Positions 11,029 through 22,806 are shown, counted from the whole stretch's first letter. The stretch is 63,808 nucleotides of DNA, filler included, from Globobulimina sp. (GCA_003354225.1; 58 parts of 58 records of this genome joined end to end with filler, not necessarily neighbours in it), one strand, 5' to 3'. Notes: generated by a model not told the origin, from the letters alone. Program-made: numbers and translations.

Positions 11029-11676
11029 GCTGTCCATCTCTCATCTTTGGTACAATGGTCAATGCTCCGATTATTACGCCAGCCAAAGCCACATTGCTTG
11101 CAAATGAAATAAACATGATTGCGAACACATATTCTGTCGCAATCAACAATAATGAGCCAATACGCTTGGTTGTGACAGAAAATGCGAGGAATTCTCTGCA
11201 CCATGCAATCACCATCAAACACACAAATTGAGAGATAATTATTGTGTCAATATCTATATACAGCAGCGGTTTTATTTGGATCTTCAAAAGCGATCGCTAC
11301 CCATATCTTCAATTAATAGCGATATTGGAACCACCACTTCTTGCAAATATGGATAAAATGAAGGAGTGCTGCTAGTTTCTGACGATTTATCTGCATCTCT
11401 CCAGTAACAAAAATAAAAACATGTCGCATTGGCAATTAAACTCAAAATAATGAATATAATGACTGTGACAATAAACTCAACACTCAACATAGCTACAGCT
11501 GTATCCTCAGTATATACAATGGAAAAGATAGGATTTATTAACAAGTGAGTAACAATTCTGGTGATATTGCTGGTTTGGCAGAGTACATTACTACAATCAT
11601 ACTCTGAAATATGGTTTCCATTCCAAGATTTGATAAAGCCATCTGCTTCGATTTGTATTGCTTGATTAAAACTCAA
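11029..11676 (-). CDS. Multi-pass membrane protein, possibly TRP-channel-like; intron 11254-11300
   Basis: A 47-nt GT-AG intron joins the two minus ORFs in frame (EDM-DIDTIIIS). Several TM helices; W.R...F.V..KRIG.L resembles an S4-S5 linker. Confidence 0.5.
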
Positions 11677-11867
11677 TGATTTGTCCTGTCAATATTATTA
11701 TAAATTGGGCAACCTTCTTCGTCATAGTTTTGTTTAGTAACATCGCAATTATCGAACATTTTTGACCAGGTTCTGTAAATATCTTCTTCATCTTTTTTAA
11801 TTTAAAACTCATCTTTTCCTTTGTTTACAATTTCAAATTTGGAAATGATTTTGTATTTGAAGCCAAC

Positions 11868-12014
11868 AAGAGCATCAGGTTTTCAGCGTCAGATTTTTAT
11901 TGTTTCTGAGAAACGAAGGCAAACCTATATTATTTTTACCTTTATCAGTCACCAGAACCGGTTTGCTTACACCTTACCCCAATAAAAATCTGACGCTGAA
12001 GACCGGATGCTCTT
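11868..12014. mobile_element. MITE family A, copy 1
   Basis: Terminal inverted repeats AAGAGCATC-GGT-TTCAGCGTCAGATTTTTATTG and CAATAAAAATCTGACGCTGAAGACCGGATGCTCTT. Second copy at 19582-19709. Confidence 0.8.
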
Positions 12015-12378
12015 ATTTGATGCCATTTTTNNNNNNNNNNNNNNNNNNNNNNNNNNNNNNNNNNNNNNNNNNNNTTAATTAATTAANNNNNNNNNNNNNN
12101 NNNNNNNNNNNNNNNNNNNNNNNNNNNNNNATATAATAAGCTAAACATAACCAGAGGTTCGGACTGATGCTCATCTCAAAATACCCAAAACGATGATTAT
12201 TACTGAGAAGCTTCAGTTAAATTAAATTAAAAGTTTTTAATAAATCCTGGACGCAAACTGGGGGAAACTGTCCCTGTTTTTAGCGCTATTTTAGTTTTCC
12301 TCATATTTTTTTCTGATAATATTCTGAAAACGTTTCTGAAAACGTTAATGAAAATATTCTAAAAAAAAGTGTTAAATG

Positions 12379-13041
12379 TTATTTAAGCAAATTACATATT
12401 TTTGTTTTCAATCGATTTGGAATCAAAACAGTAACATTGAATGGCAAATATTTTTGTGATTCCTTGATAGCAATAACTGTTTCATGAACAACAGATTCAT
12501 TATTACTTAATAAACATTTTTGATACAACAAAAAAATGCAATTTATTTGGATTGCAAAATTTTTATCATTTTTATCAATTTCCGATAATTGAAATTTTAT
12601 ATTTGGCAATAAATATTTACAAACATCCATTTCAATCATTGATGGAAATAAGTATAAAAACTGAACCGTATATGTTAAGAAAATAGTTTTTAAATCCATA
12701 TCTATTGAACAATGGATCAAACCATAAACTTTTAAAACCGATAAATATGTTTCAACATTCATACATAATTTTTCTTTATCATAGAAAAATAATGTCTCAT
12801 TTATTACCTTTGTTAATAATTTACAAACTGTTGGTATTATTTTGCTGCATAAAATTGGTTTATTTATCAATAACAAATAAAAAATATTTAATCCATTTTG
12901 TAACTTTAAACATTCTCTATTTCCATTTGCTATCTTTTGCAATGAAGAACCGCATTTTTTAATTATTTTCACAAAAATATTTTCATTTTGTTGAATTTTT
13001 TTATATTTCCAGGGATAATGTTCAATCCATAAATATAACAA
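12379..13041 (-). CDS. Hypothetical alpha-helical (HEAT/ARM-like) protein, last exon
   Basis: 220-codon ORF in very AT-rich DNA with an amphipathic Leu/Ile pattern. Confidence 0.5.
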   Translation of the reverse strand: MLYLWIEHYPWKYKKIQQNENIFVKIIKKCGSSLQKIANGNRECLKLQNGLNIFYLLLINKPILCSKIIPTVCKLLTKVINETLFFYDKEKLCMNVETYLSVLKVYGLIHCSIDMDLKTIFLTYTVQFLYLFPSMIEMDVCKYLLPNIKFQLSEIDKNDKNFAIQINCIFLLYQKCLLSNNESVVHETVIAIKESQKYLPFNVTVLIPNRLKTKICNLLK

Positions 13042-13646
13042 TACATGATTTGAATCACAAATCTACCATATCAGGAAGGTATCCTGCTCTCCTGGAAAAT
13101 GGAGAGGTCTCATTTGAATATGCAAAAGAAGTNNNNNNNNNNNNNNNNNNNNNNNNNNNNNNNNNNNNNNNNNNNNTTAATTAATTAANNNNNNNNNNNN
13201 NNNNNNNNNNNNNNNNNNNNNNNNNNNNNNNNTTTTGTATTTATTTTTTCTTTTCGATCTTTCTTTACATTTTAGTGATTTTACTAGCACTTTAAAAAAC
13301 ATTTTAGTGATTTTAGTGATTTTGCCCAAAGCGATTAAGTTTCTGGAGATTTCTGTCTGTTGTGTCCAGAGGAAATATAAAATATATTTCTAGTTAGTCA
13401 CTTGCTGTGTCAGATTTGGTGGTCCAAAGGGTTCAAAAAATACAAGTACAAATTGAACCAGTTGTATTTGAATTTTTGGCTTATAATTGCACAAAAGAGC
13501 TAGATATAATTGTATTAAAAAAAAAAAACTGAAAGGAGGATACACATTATAATAATATTTTGGTGAATAAAATGAGTATGTCATGCATATGCGATCACTT
13601 ATAATATCAAAATAAATATAAATATAAATATTATAATAAATTGATG

Positions 13647-14234
13647 CTAAGATGTGCAGGTTGTGTCAGAATACGAAGTGGAAGATGATGATACTTTGAC
13701 AGATGAATAATCAATATCTATATCATCAATATTATAATTAAACTGATGCACGATTTTAAATAACGAATTTAACTGAAATATCATATCATTAATGCTGGGC
13801 TTTTTTTTAAATCGAACCCGATTTAATATCCGATTTTTGATATGTTTTGATGCAAAATCACTTGCTTTATATTCATATAAAGAATCACCGATTGAGGTTA
13901 TACAATTAATGCAAGCATCATCGTTAAAATATTTCTCAAAAAATTGTTTAAAAGCGATCTCTTTCCATTTATATGGATTGCCGGGATATTTCTTTGTTAT
14001 TTCTTTGTTTGAAGCTGATATTGTTTTTATTGCATTTGCATTTAATAAATGTTGGAATTTATTAAATCCGTTTTGAATAATATCAACATTCAAACATTTA
14101 TGGATCCATCGCGGCGAACCATTTGTGATAATGACTATATTCATACATCCGTATATTTCAACCATTCTGTTAAATATTTTGCAAACGGAATCAGACAAAA
14201 TACTCAATTTGTACATAAATTCTTCCTTGTTATC
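13647..14234 (-). CDS. HAD-superfamily hydrolase-like protein, C-terminal part
   Basis: IVIITNG (motif II), YKWKEIAF (Lys motif) and ITSIGDSLYE (motif IV). Confidence 0.75.
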   Translation of the reverse strand, partial: DNKEEFMYKLSILSDSVCKIFNRMVEIYGCMNIVIITNGSPRWIHKCLNVDIIQNGFNKFQHLLNANAIKTISASNKEITKKYPGNPYKWKEIAFKQFFEKYFNDDACINCITSIGDSLYEYKASDFASKHIKNRILNRVRFKKKPSINDMIFQLNSLFKIVHQFNYNIDDIDIDYSSVKVSSSSTSYSDTTCTS

Positions 14235-14499
14235 NNNNNNNNNNNNNNNNNNNNNNNNNNNNNNNNNNNNNNNNNNNNTTAATTAATTAANNNNNNNNNN
14301 NNNNNNNNNNNNNNNNNNNNNNNNNNNNNNNNNNATCGTTGAAATGAATTAATGAAACGAAACGAAACTAAGCCAAAAAAGTTAAATGTTGTTTTTTAAT
14401 TGTAATGTCATTGGCTCCTTGCACTCTTTTAAAAAAAGAATGTTACGTCCAAAATAATACTTTACAGTAACGATATGGACGGTTATTGTGCGAATAACA

Positions 14500-15234
14500 T
14501 TAATTATGAGAATTGATACATGAATGTATTTCTCTATGAACCTTTGTAGGGAATACACGCAATGTACCGTAGTCACTACTTGTTTTTTTCAACAACAACA
14601 CAATATAATCATCTTCATATCGGAGTTCATTAAATGGTTTATATGTATTTCTTTTTCCTTTCGCAATGCATACAATTTTTGCATCATTAATTACTCCATA
14701 TGTGAATTGAATAACTTCTTTTGTCATATCACTTAAATGATTCTCAATCACATCTTGTAATGTATCATATTTATTTATCCATAAAACCATTGGCATTCCA
14801 ACCCATCTTATTTTGCTTAATTTAGAAATTCCTATTTTTGTGGTAAATTTCTCATTACGTTTTGATACAAATTTTATTTTTAATTTTACTTTTTCATCAT
14901 CACATCGATTGTTTTCAATCATAAATAAATCTAATTTTACAATAGGTCCATGTTTATATACAATTTGCTTATAACTCTCATTGAATGTATATGCATTTAT
15001 ATCTTTAACACGATCATTATAACATACATCCAGTGTATCAGCAATAATCCATGTAATATTTTCATTTCTTTTGTTATTTCCTGTAAAATATAATTTTAAT
15101 AAATCTTCAAATTGATATCTTAGCAAATGTCCTTTTGCTGCATTGATGGATGAAAACATTGCATTTATGAATGATTTTATTTTAAAATTTTTGCTGTATT
15201 TAAATGAAAAATAATTCTTTTTTGCGTTATCCAC
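14500..15234 (-). CDS. USP7-like C-terminal ubiquitin-like domain region, partial
   Basis: GMPMVLWINKYDTLQDV resembles USP7 GIPF...I..GET..EV. Weak similarity. Confidence 0.4.
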   Translation of the reverse strand: MDNAKKNYFSFKYSKNFKIKSFINAMFSSINAAKGHLLRYQFEDLLKLYFTGNNKRNENITWIIADTLDVCYNDRVKDINAYTFNESYKQIVYKHGPIVKLDLFMIENNRCDDEKVKLKIKFVSKRNEKFTTKIGISKLSKIRWVGMPMVLWINKYDTLQDVIENHLSDMTKEVIQFTYGVINDAKIVCIAKGKRNTYKPFNELRYEDDYIVLLLKKTSSDYGTLRVFPTKVHREIHSCINSHN

Positions 15235-15436
15235 AAATGGATGTGCATATCCTTCAAATTATTAATTCCTATTCGATAAACAATATCGTTCTCATTTGAT
15301 ATAAACTGCTGTGTATCATACAAAACAATATCAAACNNNNNNNNNNNNNNNNNNNNNNNNNNNNNNNNNNNNNNNNNNNNTTAATTAATTAANNNNNNNN
15401 NNNNNNNNNNNNNNNNNNNNNNNNNNNNNNNNNNNN

Positions 15437-16309
15437 CATAGATGCTCTATTTCAGTGGAAGTGGCCTACCGGTTTTATTTGTCCTGCTTGTTCTTCGACG
15501 AGCTATTGCTCGTTGAAATCAAGGAAACTGTATCAATGCAATCATTGTCATCATCAAACATCTGTTACAACCAATACCATATTTGAGCATTCAAAATTAC
15601 CATTAACTATATGGTTTTTAAGCGTTCACTTAATAACTCAATCCAAAACTGGCATATCAGCTTTATCACTTAAGCGACATATTGGCGTTTCATACAATAC
15701 GGCCTGGCGTATTAAACAGAAAATTATGCAAGTCATGAAAGAGCGAGATGACAAGCGCCAATTAACAGGAACAGTTCAAATAGATGATGTTTATTATGGA
15801 GGTGAACGGCATGGAGGAAAACGAGGTAGAGGCTCTGAAAACAAAACGCCATTTATTGCAGCTGTATCAACAGATAAAAAAGGTCATCCACTTTATATGA
15901 ACTTCAATGTCGTTAAAGGCTTTCGGTTATCAGAGGTGGCACGTTGGGCAAAACAGCATTTAGCGGCAGGAAGTTTTGTTGTATCTGATGGACTATCTTG
16001 TTTTACAGCTGTTACAGAAGCTAAATGTAGGCACTCTAGTACAGTTACAGGCGGTGGTCCTGAAAGTGTCACTAAAGAGAAATTCATTTGGGTTAACACA
16101 ATGATTGGTAATATAAAGAATTCAATAACAGGTACTTACCACTCAATTAGTGACAAACATTTACCTCGGTATTTAGCCGAGTATTGTTATAGGTTCAACC
16201 GTCGTTTTTCCCTTAAAAACATGTTGCCTCGATTTATGTACGTAGCTTTGCGAACACCACCGATGCCACAAAGGTGCCTTACTATGGCTGAGCTTTATGG
16301 GTAATCAGG
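15437..16309 (+). mobile_element. Bacterial IS1595-family insertion sequence, right part with right IR ending GGTAATCAGG
   Basis: The transposase stop lies inside the terminal IR. It is followed by AT-rich TAAATAAT, a candidate 8-bp target duplication. Confidence 0.85.
15438..16304 (+). CDS. IS1595-family DDE transposase, 5'-truncated
   Basis: WPTGFICPAC...YQCNHC zinc ribbon, HTH region, VQIDDVYYGG, KRGRGSENK, VVSDG, and YLAEYCYRFNRR. Confidence 0.95.
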   Translation: MDALFQWKWPTGFICPACSSTSYCSLKSRKLYQCNHCHHQTSVTTNTIFEHSKLPLTIWFLSVHLITQSKTGISALSLKRHIGVSYNTAWRIKQKIMQVMKERDDKRQLTGTVQIDDVYYGGERHGGKRGRGSENKTPFIAAVSTDKKGHPLYMNFNVVKGFRLSEVARWAKQHLAAGSFVVSDGLSCFTAVTEAKCRHSSTVTGGGPESVTKEKFIWVNTMIGNIKNSITGTYHSISDKHLPRYLAEYCYRFNRRFSLKNMLPRFMYVALRTPPMPQRCLTMAELYG

Positions 16310-16538
16310 TAAATAATTGGGTATTGATTTTAAAAAATTCAAAACCAATTCGGTTGCGTAATCCCCATCCATTTTTATTGTGATAGGCGAACGCTTTAGC
16401 AAGTGAAACCTGGAGCGAATTGAACGCCAGTTCAGGTTNNNNNNNNNNNNNNNNNNNNNNNNNNNNNNNNNNNNNNNNNNNNTTAATTAATTAANNNNNN
16501 NNNNNNNNNNNNNNNNNNNNNNNNNNNNNNNNNNNNNN

Positions 16539-16847
16539 GAGTGTTATTACTAAACAATAAATAAACTGATATTTTGAAGCAACATCTCTTTCAAGGTCTG
16601 CCTGCGTGTATCCATAAGAAATATTACTAATAATTTCACCACTTTCATCACTGTTAAATGTGGTAATTTTAATGGTATCAATATAGGATTCATACATTCT
16701 ATTTGTTCTTTCATCAAATTTTGTGCAGCAAAATTCCCAAATAAAAGCAAATTCATTTGTATTATATCTATAATATCCGCCAGGCGATACAACTTTATAT
16801 TTATCAATGATCGGTGAACCTGGAAATTCTGAAGAAAGCAATTGCAA
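16539..16847 (-). CDS. Hypothetical protein fragment, divergent from the SLC10A7-like gene
   Basis: Open frame of about 100 codons running off the contig. No domain recognised. Confidence 0.4.
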
Positions 16848-16931
16848 AACATAAATATACTGAAGAAAGTGCCATTATCCGTATTAATATTAAACTAGAG
16901 TACAAATAATTTTTCAACATCAACCGACATC

Positions 16932-17540
16932 ATGGCAATTGTCACTGCAAGTCATGCATATGAACAAGAAATGAACAAAGCAAATACCCCATTAATTGTG
17001 CCATTAACACAATCAATTGGAGTATCAGGAGCATATAACACAAGAAGTTTCAATCCATCAGATTCGCAAAAACGCTCATCCATAATGCGTTTATTAAAAC
17101 CATCGATTTCCACAAATGCAACAATAATTGAAAAAGTGTCTTATATATTTGTAAAATATTTTTTTTTAATTGGCTTGATCATATGTCTATTAATTGGCAT
17201 ATTAGTTCCAAAATTTGGTTCAGCCCATGGCCCGCTGGCACCCTCCATCACATCTTCGTGGATTTCAGTAATTATTATATTTTTCATAACCGGCATTGCA
17301 GTGAGAACTAAAGAATTAAAGAAAGCCACATCTTCGTGGCAATTGAATTTATTTGTACATTTAATTATATTTATCATGTTCCCAGTGTTTGGTTTGTTGA
17401 TTGTTGAAATCATTCAATTAATGCCTGTAGCTTATAATGACAATTTATTAAAAGGATTGATAATTACGTGTTGCTTACCAACCACAATAGGAACCGCTGT
17501 AGTATTTGTTCAGAATGATGCAGGTACATTACAACCACCA
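16932..17540 (+). CDS. Sodium/bile-acid cotransporter 7 (SLC10A7/RCH1-like), partial
   Basis: IIFFITGIAVRTKELK, GLIITCCLPTTIGTAVV and multiple TM helices. Confidence 0.85.
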
Positions 17541-17640
17541 NNNNNNNNNNNNNNNNNNNNNNNNNNNNNNNNNNNNNNNNNNNNTTAATTAATTAANNNN
17601 NNNNNNNNNNNNNNNNNNNNNNNNNNNNNNNNNNNNNNNN

Positions 17641-18310
17641 CTACGACCGCCACCGCCACCACTCTGTTACTACTAACAGGGGGTGGGAGTGGAAAAGGCC
17701 TGACACGTGTGCTTATATTGGAAATATTGCGCAAATAATTGATACATTCAATCATTAATTCATCGATAAAGTATCTGTGTGCTGCAATGGCAACATCTAT
17801 GACAATGTCGCTGGTTAATACCGGATTGAAATGATAAAATAAGTCACGAATATATTCAAAAGCACTGCAGGTTATATCTTTGATTGCAATCTCGGGATGA
17901 AACGACTGAGCTTCATTAAAATCGCCATATAACAGATTTTTGAACACCTCAGAATTTGCTGCAAATAACACTTTGATACAACGGTATTTACGAACATTTG
18001 TGCTGGGTTCAGTGAGTTGGTCATCATCGTCCGATAATGAAGGCGTACTGCTGTTGTTATGATTTGAATGGTTTGTAGTGGATGGGGCTAATGGCGTGGC
18101 CATGGTGAGCACAAATGTAACATCTGAGATCTTAGCATCATTGCGTAATTTAGTTAAATTTTTTGCTAAATAATTCTGTCGGTTTGGTGATAAACTCCCC
18201 AACGATAATCGACGTCTTTTTAACGGAGGTTCTATTTCTGATGAAGTTGTTTGACAGTAGCTCGTTGGTGTTGCTTGTGGCAAGCTTTTGAAGCGTCTTT
18301 TCCTTGTCAT
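17641..18310 (-). CDS. BTB/POZ-domain protein, partial
   Basis: SDVTFVL...KVLFAANSEVFKNLLYGDFNE...DITCSAF...AAHRYFIDEL. Confidence 0.85.
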
Positions 18311-18507
18311 TGAAGAGTTGCTTACTAGTCTGGCTGAAAAGAAGTTTTTTTTTGTTTATATCTTTGAAATTCAAAACTCAACAATATCACAGGAATGCGT
18401 TGCCTACGGCCGGTGTGCTATTATGAATTGTCAGTGATCAGTTTATAAAGATTTTCAAGATAGTGAAGTTTTTTTTGTGTCATTTTTTTGGTGTACTGCT
18501 TCGCGTG

Positions 18508-18642
18508 ATGTCCTCCAAAAAGAAATCTACCACCAAACACCCCAAACATCCAAACAAATCAAACAAATCTAAAAACAAACCTAAACCAAAAACTAATAGA
18601 CCAAAACCAAAAAGCAAACCCAGAGCACACCCACCAACATCA
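18508..18642 (+). CDS. Lys/Pro-rich protein N-terminus, divergent from the BTB gene
   Basis: ATG TCC TCC AAA... open to the contig end, about 200 bp from the BTB start codon. Confidence 0.4.
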
Positions 18643-19104
18643 NNNNNNNNNNNNNNNNNNNNNNNNNNNNNNNNNNNNNNNNNNNNTTAATTAATTAANN
18701 NNNNNNNNNNNNNNNNNNNNNNNNNNNNNNNNNNNNNNNNNNAAAAGACAAGTGTAGACATTGGAGACATGAAATGTAACGGTCTCGAAAATCACTTAGT
18801 TGAGCATAGTCAATTTACGAAGTTTTCGCGAAAGATCGTTAAATTTACCCTAATTTTAACTTTACAAAAAATAACCTAAAAACCTTGCCAATCGTTGTAA
18901 TGAAACGAACAAAACGACAATGATTTTGACAATTGGTATAATGTTTGCTGTGTGTTTATGTTCAGTTCAAATATGAATGCCAAAATATGAATCCCAAAAT
19001 ATAAATCTTTTTGTCCACACATGATTCTGTGAAAACCTTTCAAGTAAGTTAAACCCCTACCTTCCAATGATTGCCCCCCTGTTTATTTTATTTTTTTTTT
19101 TTTA

Positions 19105-19226
19105 CAAATTTTGAGCCTAGGTTTCCTAAATAGTTGCCGAGCAACTATTTAGTTGCTATTTCAGACCAAAAACGAAAATGGGCAACTATTTAGTTACTAT
19201 TTAGGAAACCTAGGCTCCAAATTTTG
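19105..19226. mobile_element. Palindromic MITE-like element B
   Basis: Arms CAAATTTTGAGCCTAGGTTTCCTAAATAGT and ACTATTTAGGAAACCTAGGCTCCAAATTTTG, with internal GCAACTATTTAG subrepeats. Confidence 0.65.
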
Positions 19227-19581
19227 ATATGGTTTGTAAAGGGTATGAGACGCTGAGTATTTAATTAAACTATTTATTTTTGTTAGTTTTCTGTTTTTAG
19301 TTATTCCGTTCCTTTCCCTAATTTTTTTTTCATATCACCTCACACCCAAATACCAAATTTTACCAAGCATCAATCACTCCATTTTAATTAATACATTCTT
19401 GTTGTTTTATCTCTTTCATATGTTTTATACACAAACAAAAGATAACAGATAAAAGATATCCAAGCTCTGTTTATATTAATACATTTTTGTGTGCTTGTTT
19501 TTTTTCTATCGGACTAAAATAGCGGATTATCCACTAGACGTCCTTGGTTCTGGCTTACCGTTGCAACACCTGTGTTGTCTT

Positions 19582-19709
19582 CAAAGAGCATCATGTTTTC
19601 AGCGTCAGATTTTTATTGTTTCTGAGAAAGGAAGGCAAACCTATATTTGCTTATACTTTACCCCAATAAAAATCTGACGCTGAAGACCGGAATCACCGGA
19701 TGCTCTTTG
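19582..19709. mobile_element. MITE family A, copy 2
   Basis: Termini nearly identical to 11868-12014; shorter internal segment. Confidence 0.8.
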
Positions 19710-20119
19710 TTGAGTTTTATTTAAATTTAACTTACTTGAAAGGTNNNNNNNNNNNNNNNNNNNNNNNNNNNNNNNNNNNNNNNNNNNNTTAATTAATTAA
19801 NNNNNNNNNNNNNNNNNNNNNNNNNNNNNNNNNNNNNNNNNNNNAACTGTAATTTTAAAAACAATGTGTTTCAAACAGGTCCTATTGTAAAGTATATTGC
19901 AGCATTATTACGCAACTCATTATGACGAAGAACAACTCATTTTATATTTACATTGTAAGAACAGGCTTAACCACAATACTGTCAGTTTATATGTTTTTTT
20001 ACCACGTAAATTTGGTATGTGATGAGGTTATTTTAATTCCTATGCAAATTTGTGAATTTCCCTTTAAGTCATTACTGAAAAAAGATTTTTTTTATCAACT
20101 TTTAACGTAGCACGCAACC

Positions 20120-20350
20120 GCAGACTTCAAGCTGTTTTGGGATTATTCATCGGATCAAATTAAATGAGGTGAGATCAAAATCAGACCTAGCAAGCTGACA
20201 TGAAAACGTGTTTCTGGGAATTTTGTTCGGATTATATTTTGTGAGACGAAACTAATTTCAGACGTAGCAGCCTGACATGAAAACGCGTTTCCATCTATTT
20301 TCATCGGATTATATTTTGTGAGCTGAGATCAATATCAGACGTAGCAAACT
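20120..20350. repeat. Degenerate 77-bp tandem repeat, about 3 copies
   Basis: TCAGAC(C/G)TAGCA recurs at 20181, 20258 and 20335. Confidence 0.75.
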
Positions 20351-20946
20351 AGCAATAAATAACTGCGACAAAAAGTTCGAAAGCTAGTTTATTATTTGCT
20401 ATTATTTGCAATTGCATTATGGTAAAAATAGATGGCTTCTTTAATCAGATAGTCATTATTTGTACAACCTAATAAAATTATAAAAATAACCAATAAGTTC
20501 AAAGCTTTTTGTAATAAATATGTTGTTCCCACACATTTTTCACTTCTTTTTGATCCTGTTTCATATCAACACAATCCATAATGGGTCGTTTGCTTGAATT
20601 TACTTGAATTTGCTTGAATTTATTTGAATTTTCTTGAATAATATTCGGATTTGATTTGCTTGAATTTACATTGATTATATTTAATTTTCCCATTATTTAT
20701 AATTGAAACTACATTGATTATGATTGCATTTGCATCTTTTGATTGATTTAAAAGCATTTCAATTGATTTTCATTTGATTTTCCATTGATTTTGAATCTAA
20801 TATCGATTAATTATACATTTTTAATTATTTTGAACGTGTTTTAATCNNNNNNNNNNNNNNNNNNNNNNNNNNNNNNNNNNNNNNNNNNNNTTAATTAATT
20901 AANNNNNNNNNNNNNNNNNNNNNNNNNNNNNNNNNNNNNNNNNNNN

Positions 20947-21685
20947 TATCATTCATATTATCCACATCCATATTTGCATTTATTTTTTGTTTAAAAAGTA
21001 ATTTATAATCTTTCTTTACATACACAGCTATACTCCAATCGCCATCATACATTGCAATATCAATATTGTTTGTAATATGTATCAATTCATCATTGATTGT
21101 ATATAATTGTTTGTTTAATATATTATAAATCATTGTATTAATATTAATACCTTTTTCATTCATAATAATCCTTAATATATGGTCGTTTGATTCAAAATCT
21201 AATCGAATTGGTCTGTGTTTATTTGAATCAAAATAAAAAATAATAATATCACATTCTAAATCAACATCAAAAATAAGGTCCAATAAACAAATATCTTCAA
21301 CCTCTTCTTTATGACTAACATTAAAATGCTGTTCATATTGTACCGCGTTAATACATTTCATTTGTGTTTGTTGTTGATTGCTTGAATTAATTTCATCAAC
21401 GAACATATTTAATAGATCAAAAGTATTGATTCTTTGCGATATTTGCATTTTATTCAATGAATCCTGATAAATATTTAAATCAACAACGTTATGACTATGC
21501 ATATCGCGAATAATAATTCCAGTAAGATGCAATAATGAATTTTCATCTCTTCGCATAAAATTTGATACCAAACACAATTTAAACTCTTTAATATTAAAAA
21601 TAATTTGAAAATAAGGTGTAAACCGCGAGTAGTTGACACCGCATAACGTGTTATTGATTTGATGGCTGTATATTAAAAAAATCAA
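20947..21685 (-). CDS. Hypothetical protein, partial
   Basis: About 245-codon ORF in AT-rich DNA. No domain recognised. Confidence 0.5.
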
Positions 21686-21763
21686 ACATGTTAAATATGT
21701 GTATTATATGTATTATATGGCATATTGATACAGTCCGACACATTTGGTTTGCTGCGCTAAATA

Positions 21764-21948
21764 GGATAGCCGGACTTGTTCGAATGTGTGCGCAATATGG
21801 GATAGCCGGACTTGTTCGAATGTGTGCGCAATATGGGATAGCCGGACTTGTTCGAATGTGTGCACAATATGGGATAGCCGGACTTGTTCGAATGTGTGCG
21901 CAATATGGGATAGCCAGACTTGTTCGAATGTGTGCGCAATATGGGATA
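21764..21948. repeat. 36-bp minisatellite, at least 5 copies, running off the contig
   Basis: GGATAGCCGGACTTGTTCGAATGTGTGCGCAATATG head to tail with 2 substitutions overall and no spacers. Confidence 0.95.
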
Positions 21949-22048
21949 NNNNNNNNNNNNNNNNNNNNNNNNNNNNNNNNNNNNNNNNNNNNTTAATTAA
22001 TTAANNNNNNNNNNNNNNNNNNNNNNNNNNNNNNNNNNNNNNNNNNNN

Positions 22049-22806
22049 TCTGGGGTGCGGGGCTTTTGACATGCCACTTCTGGATCAACGGTCCATATTA
22101 TCTCGATAGATTTGCTTTCCTGTATCAATTCGTTGATATCACGCAGGTCTTCAAGAGAAGGACCGCCACCGTGATTACCAATACCCCAGAGTACCATGCC
22201 GCAGTGGCAGTCTTGATAATCACTTATAAATTTTTCTACCTTAAACCGTGCAAAACCCGGAAGAGAAAGATACAAATCCATAGCACGCGTTGCTAAAACA
22301 GATGAGCCATCATATCCCTGCCAGATAAACTGATCTTTTTCCAGCGGACAATCTTCCTGATCCGGACGGCAAAACAGATAAGAATCAAAACCGCTCTTTG
22401 CCAGAATCTGCACGAGTCCCCGGGTATGGCCAAACGAATCAAAATTGATGGCTGTTTTCGGGGCCACACCGAATTTCTCAAGAAAGTAGGTTCTTCCCAG
22501 AAGTATTTGGCGCACAAATGACTCGCCACCGGGTAGATTACAATCCGGCTGCAAATACCATCCCCCCATGATGTGCCATTTATTGTCCTTCACCAGCTGC
22601 TGGATCCTTTTAAACAATGGCGGATCATATTCTTCCACCCACCTGTAAAGGATCACTTCATTGTGATTAAATACAAATCCATCATATTGTTCGCAGAATT
22701 CTGCAGCTACGCGAAATGTGCTGATCGCCTCAGCAGCACCTTCCTGCCACTCCCATTGCCAGACCGGGTCAAGGTGCGCATTGCATATAAGATGTACTGT
22801 TTTCAT
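22049..22806 (-). CDS. Bacterial GH38 alpha-mannosidase, N-terminal domain
   Basis: HLICNAHLDPVWQW, GGWYLQPDCNLPGGESFVRQ, DSFGH and GIGNHGGGP. Purine-rich RBS-like sequence before the ATG; no introns. Confidence 0.93.

Noticed and set aside
21764-21948. 36-bp repeats as a CRISPR array
   Set aside because: Units are contiguous with no unique spacers, and no cas genes are present.
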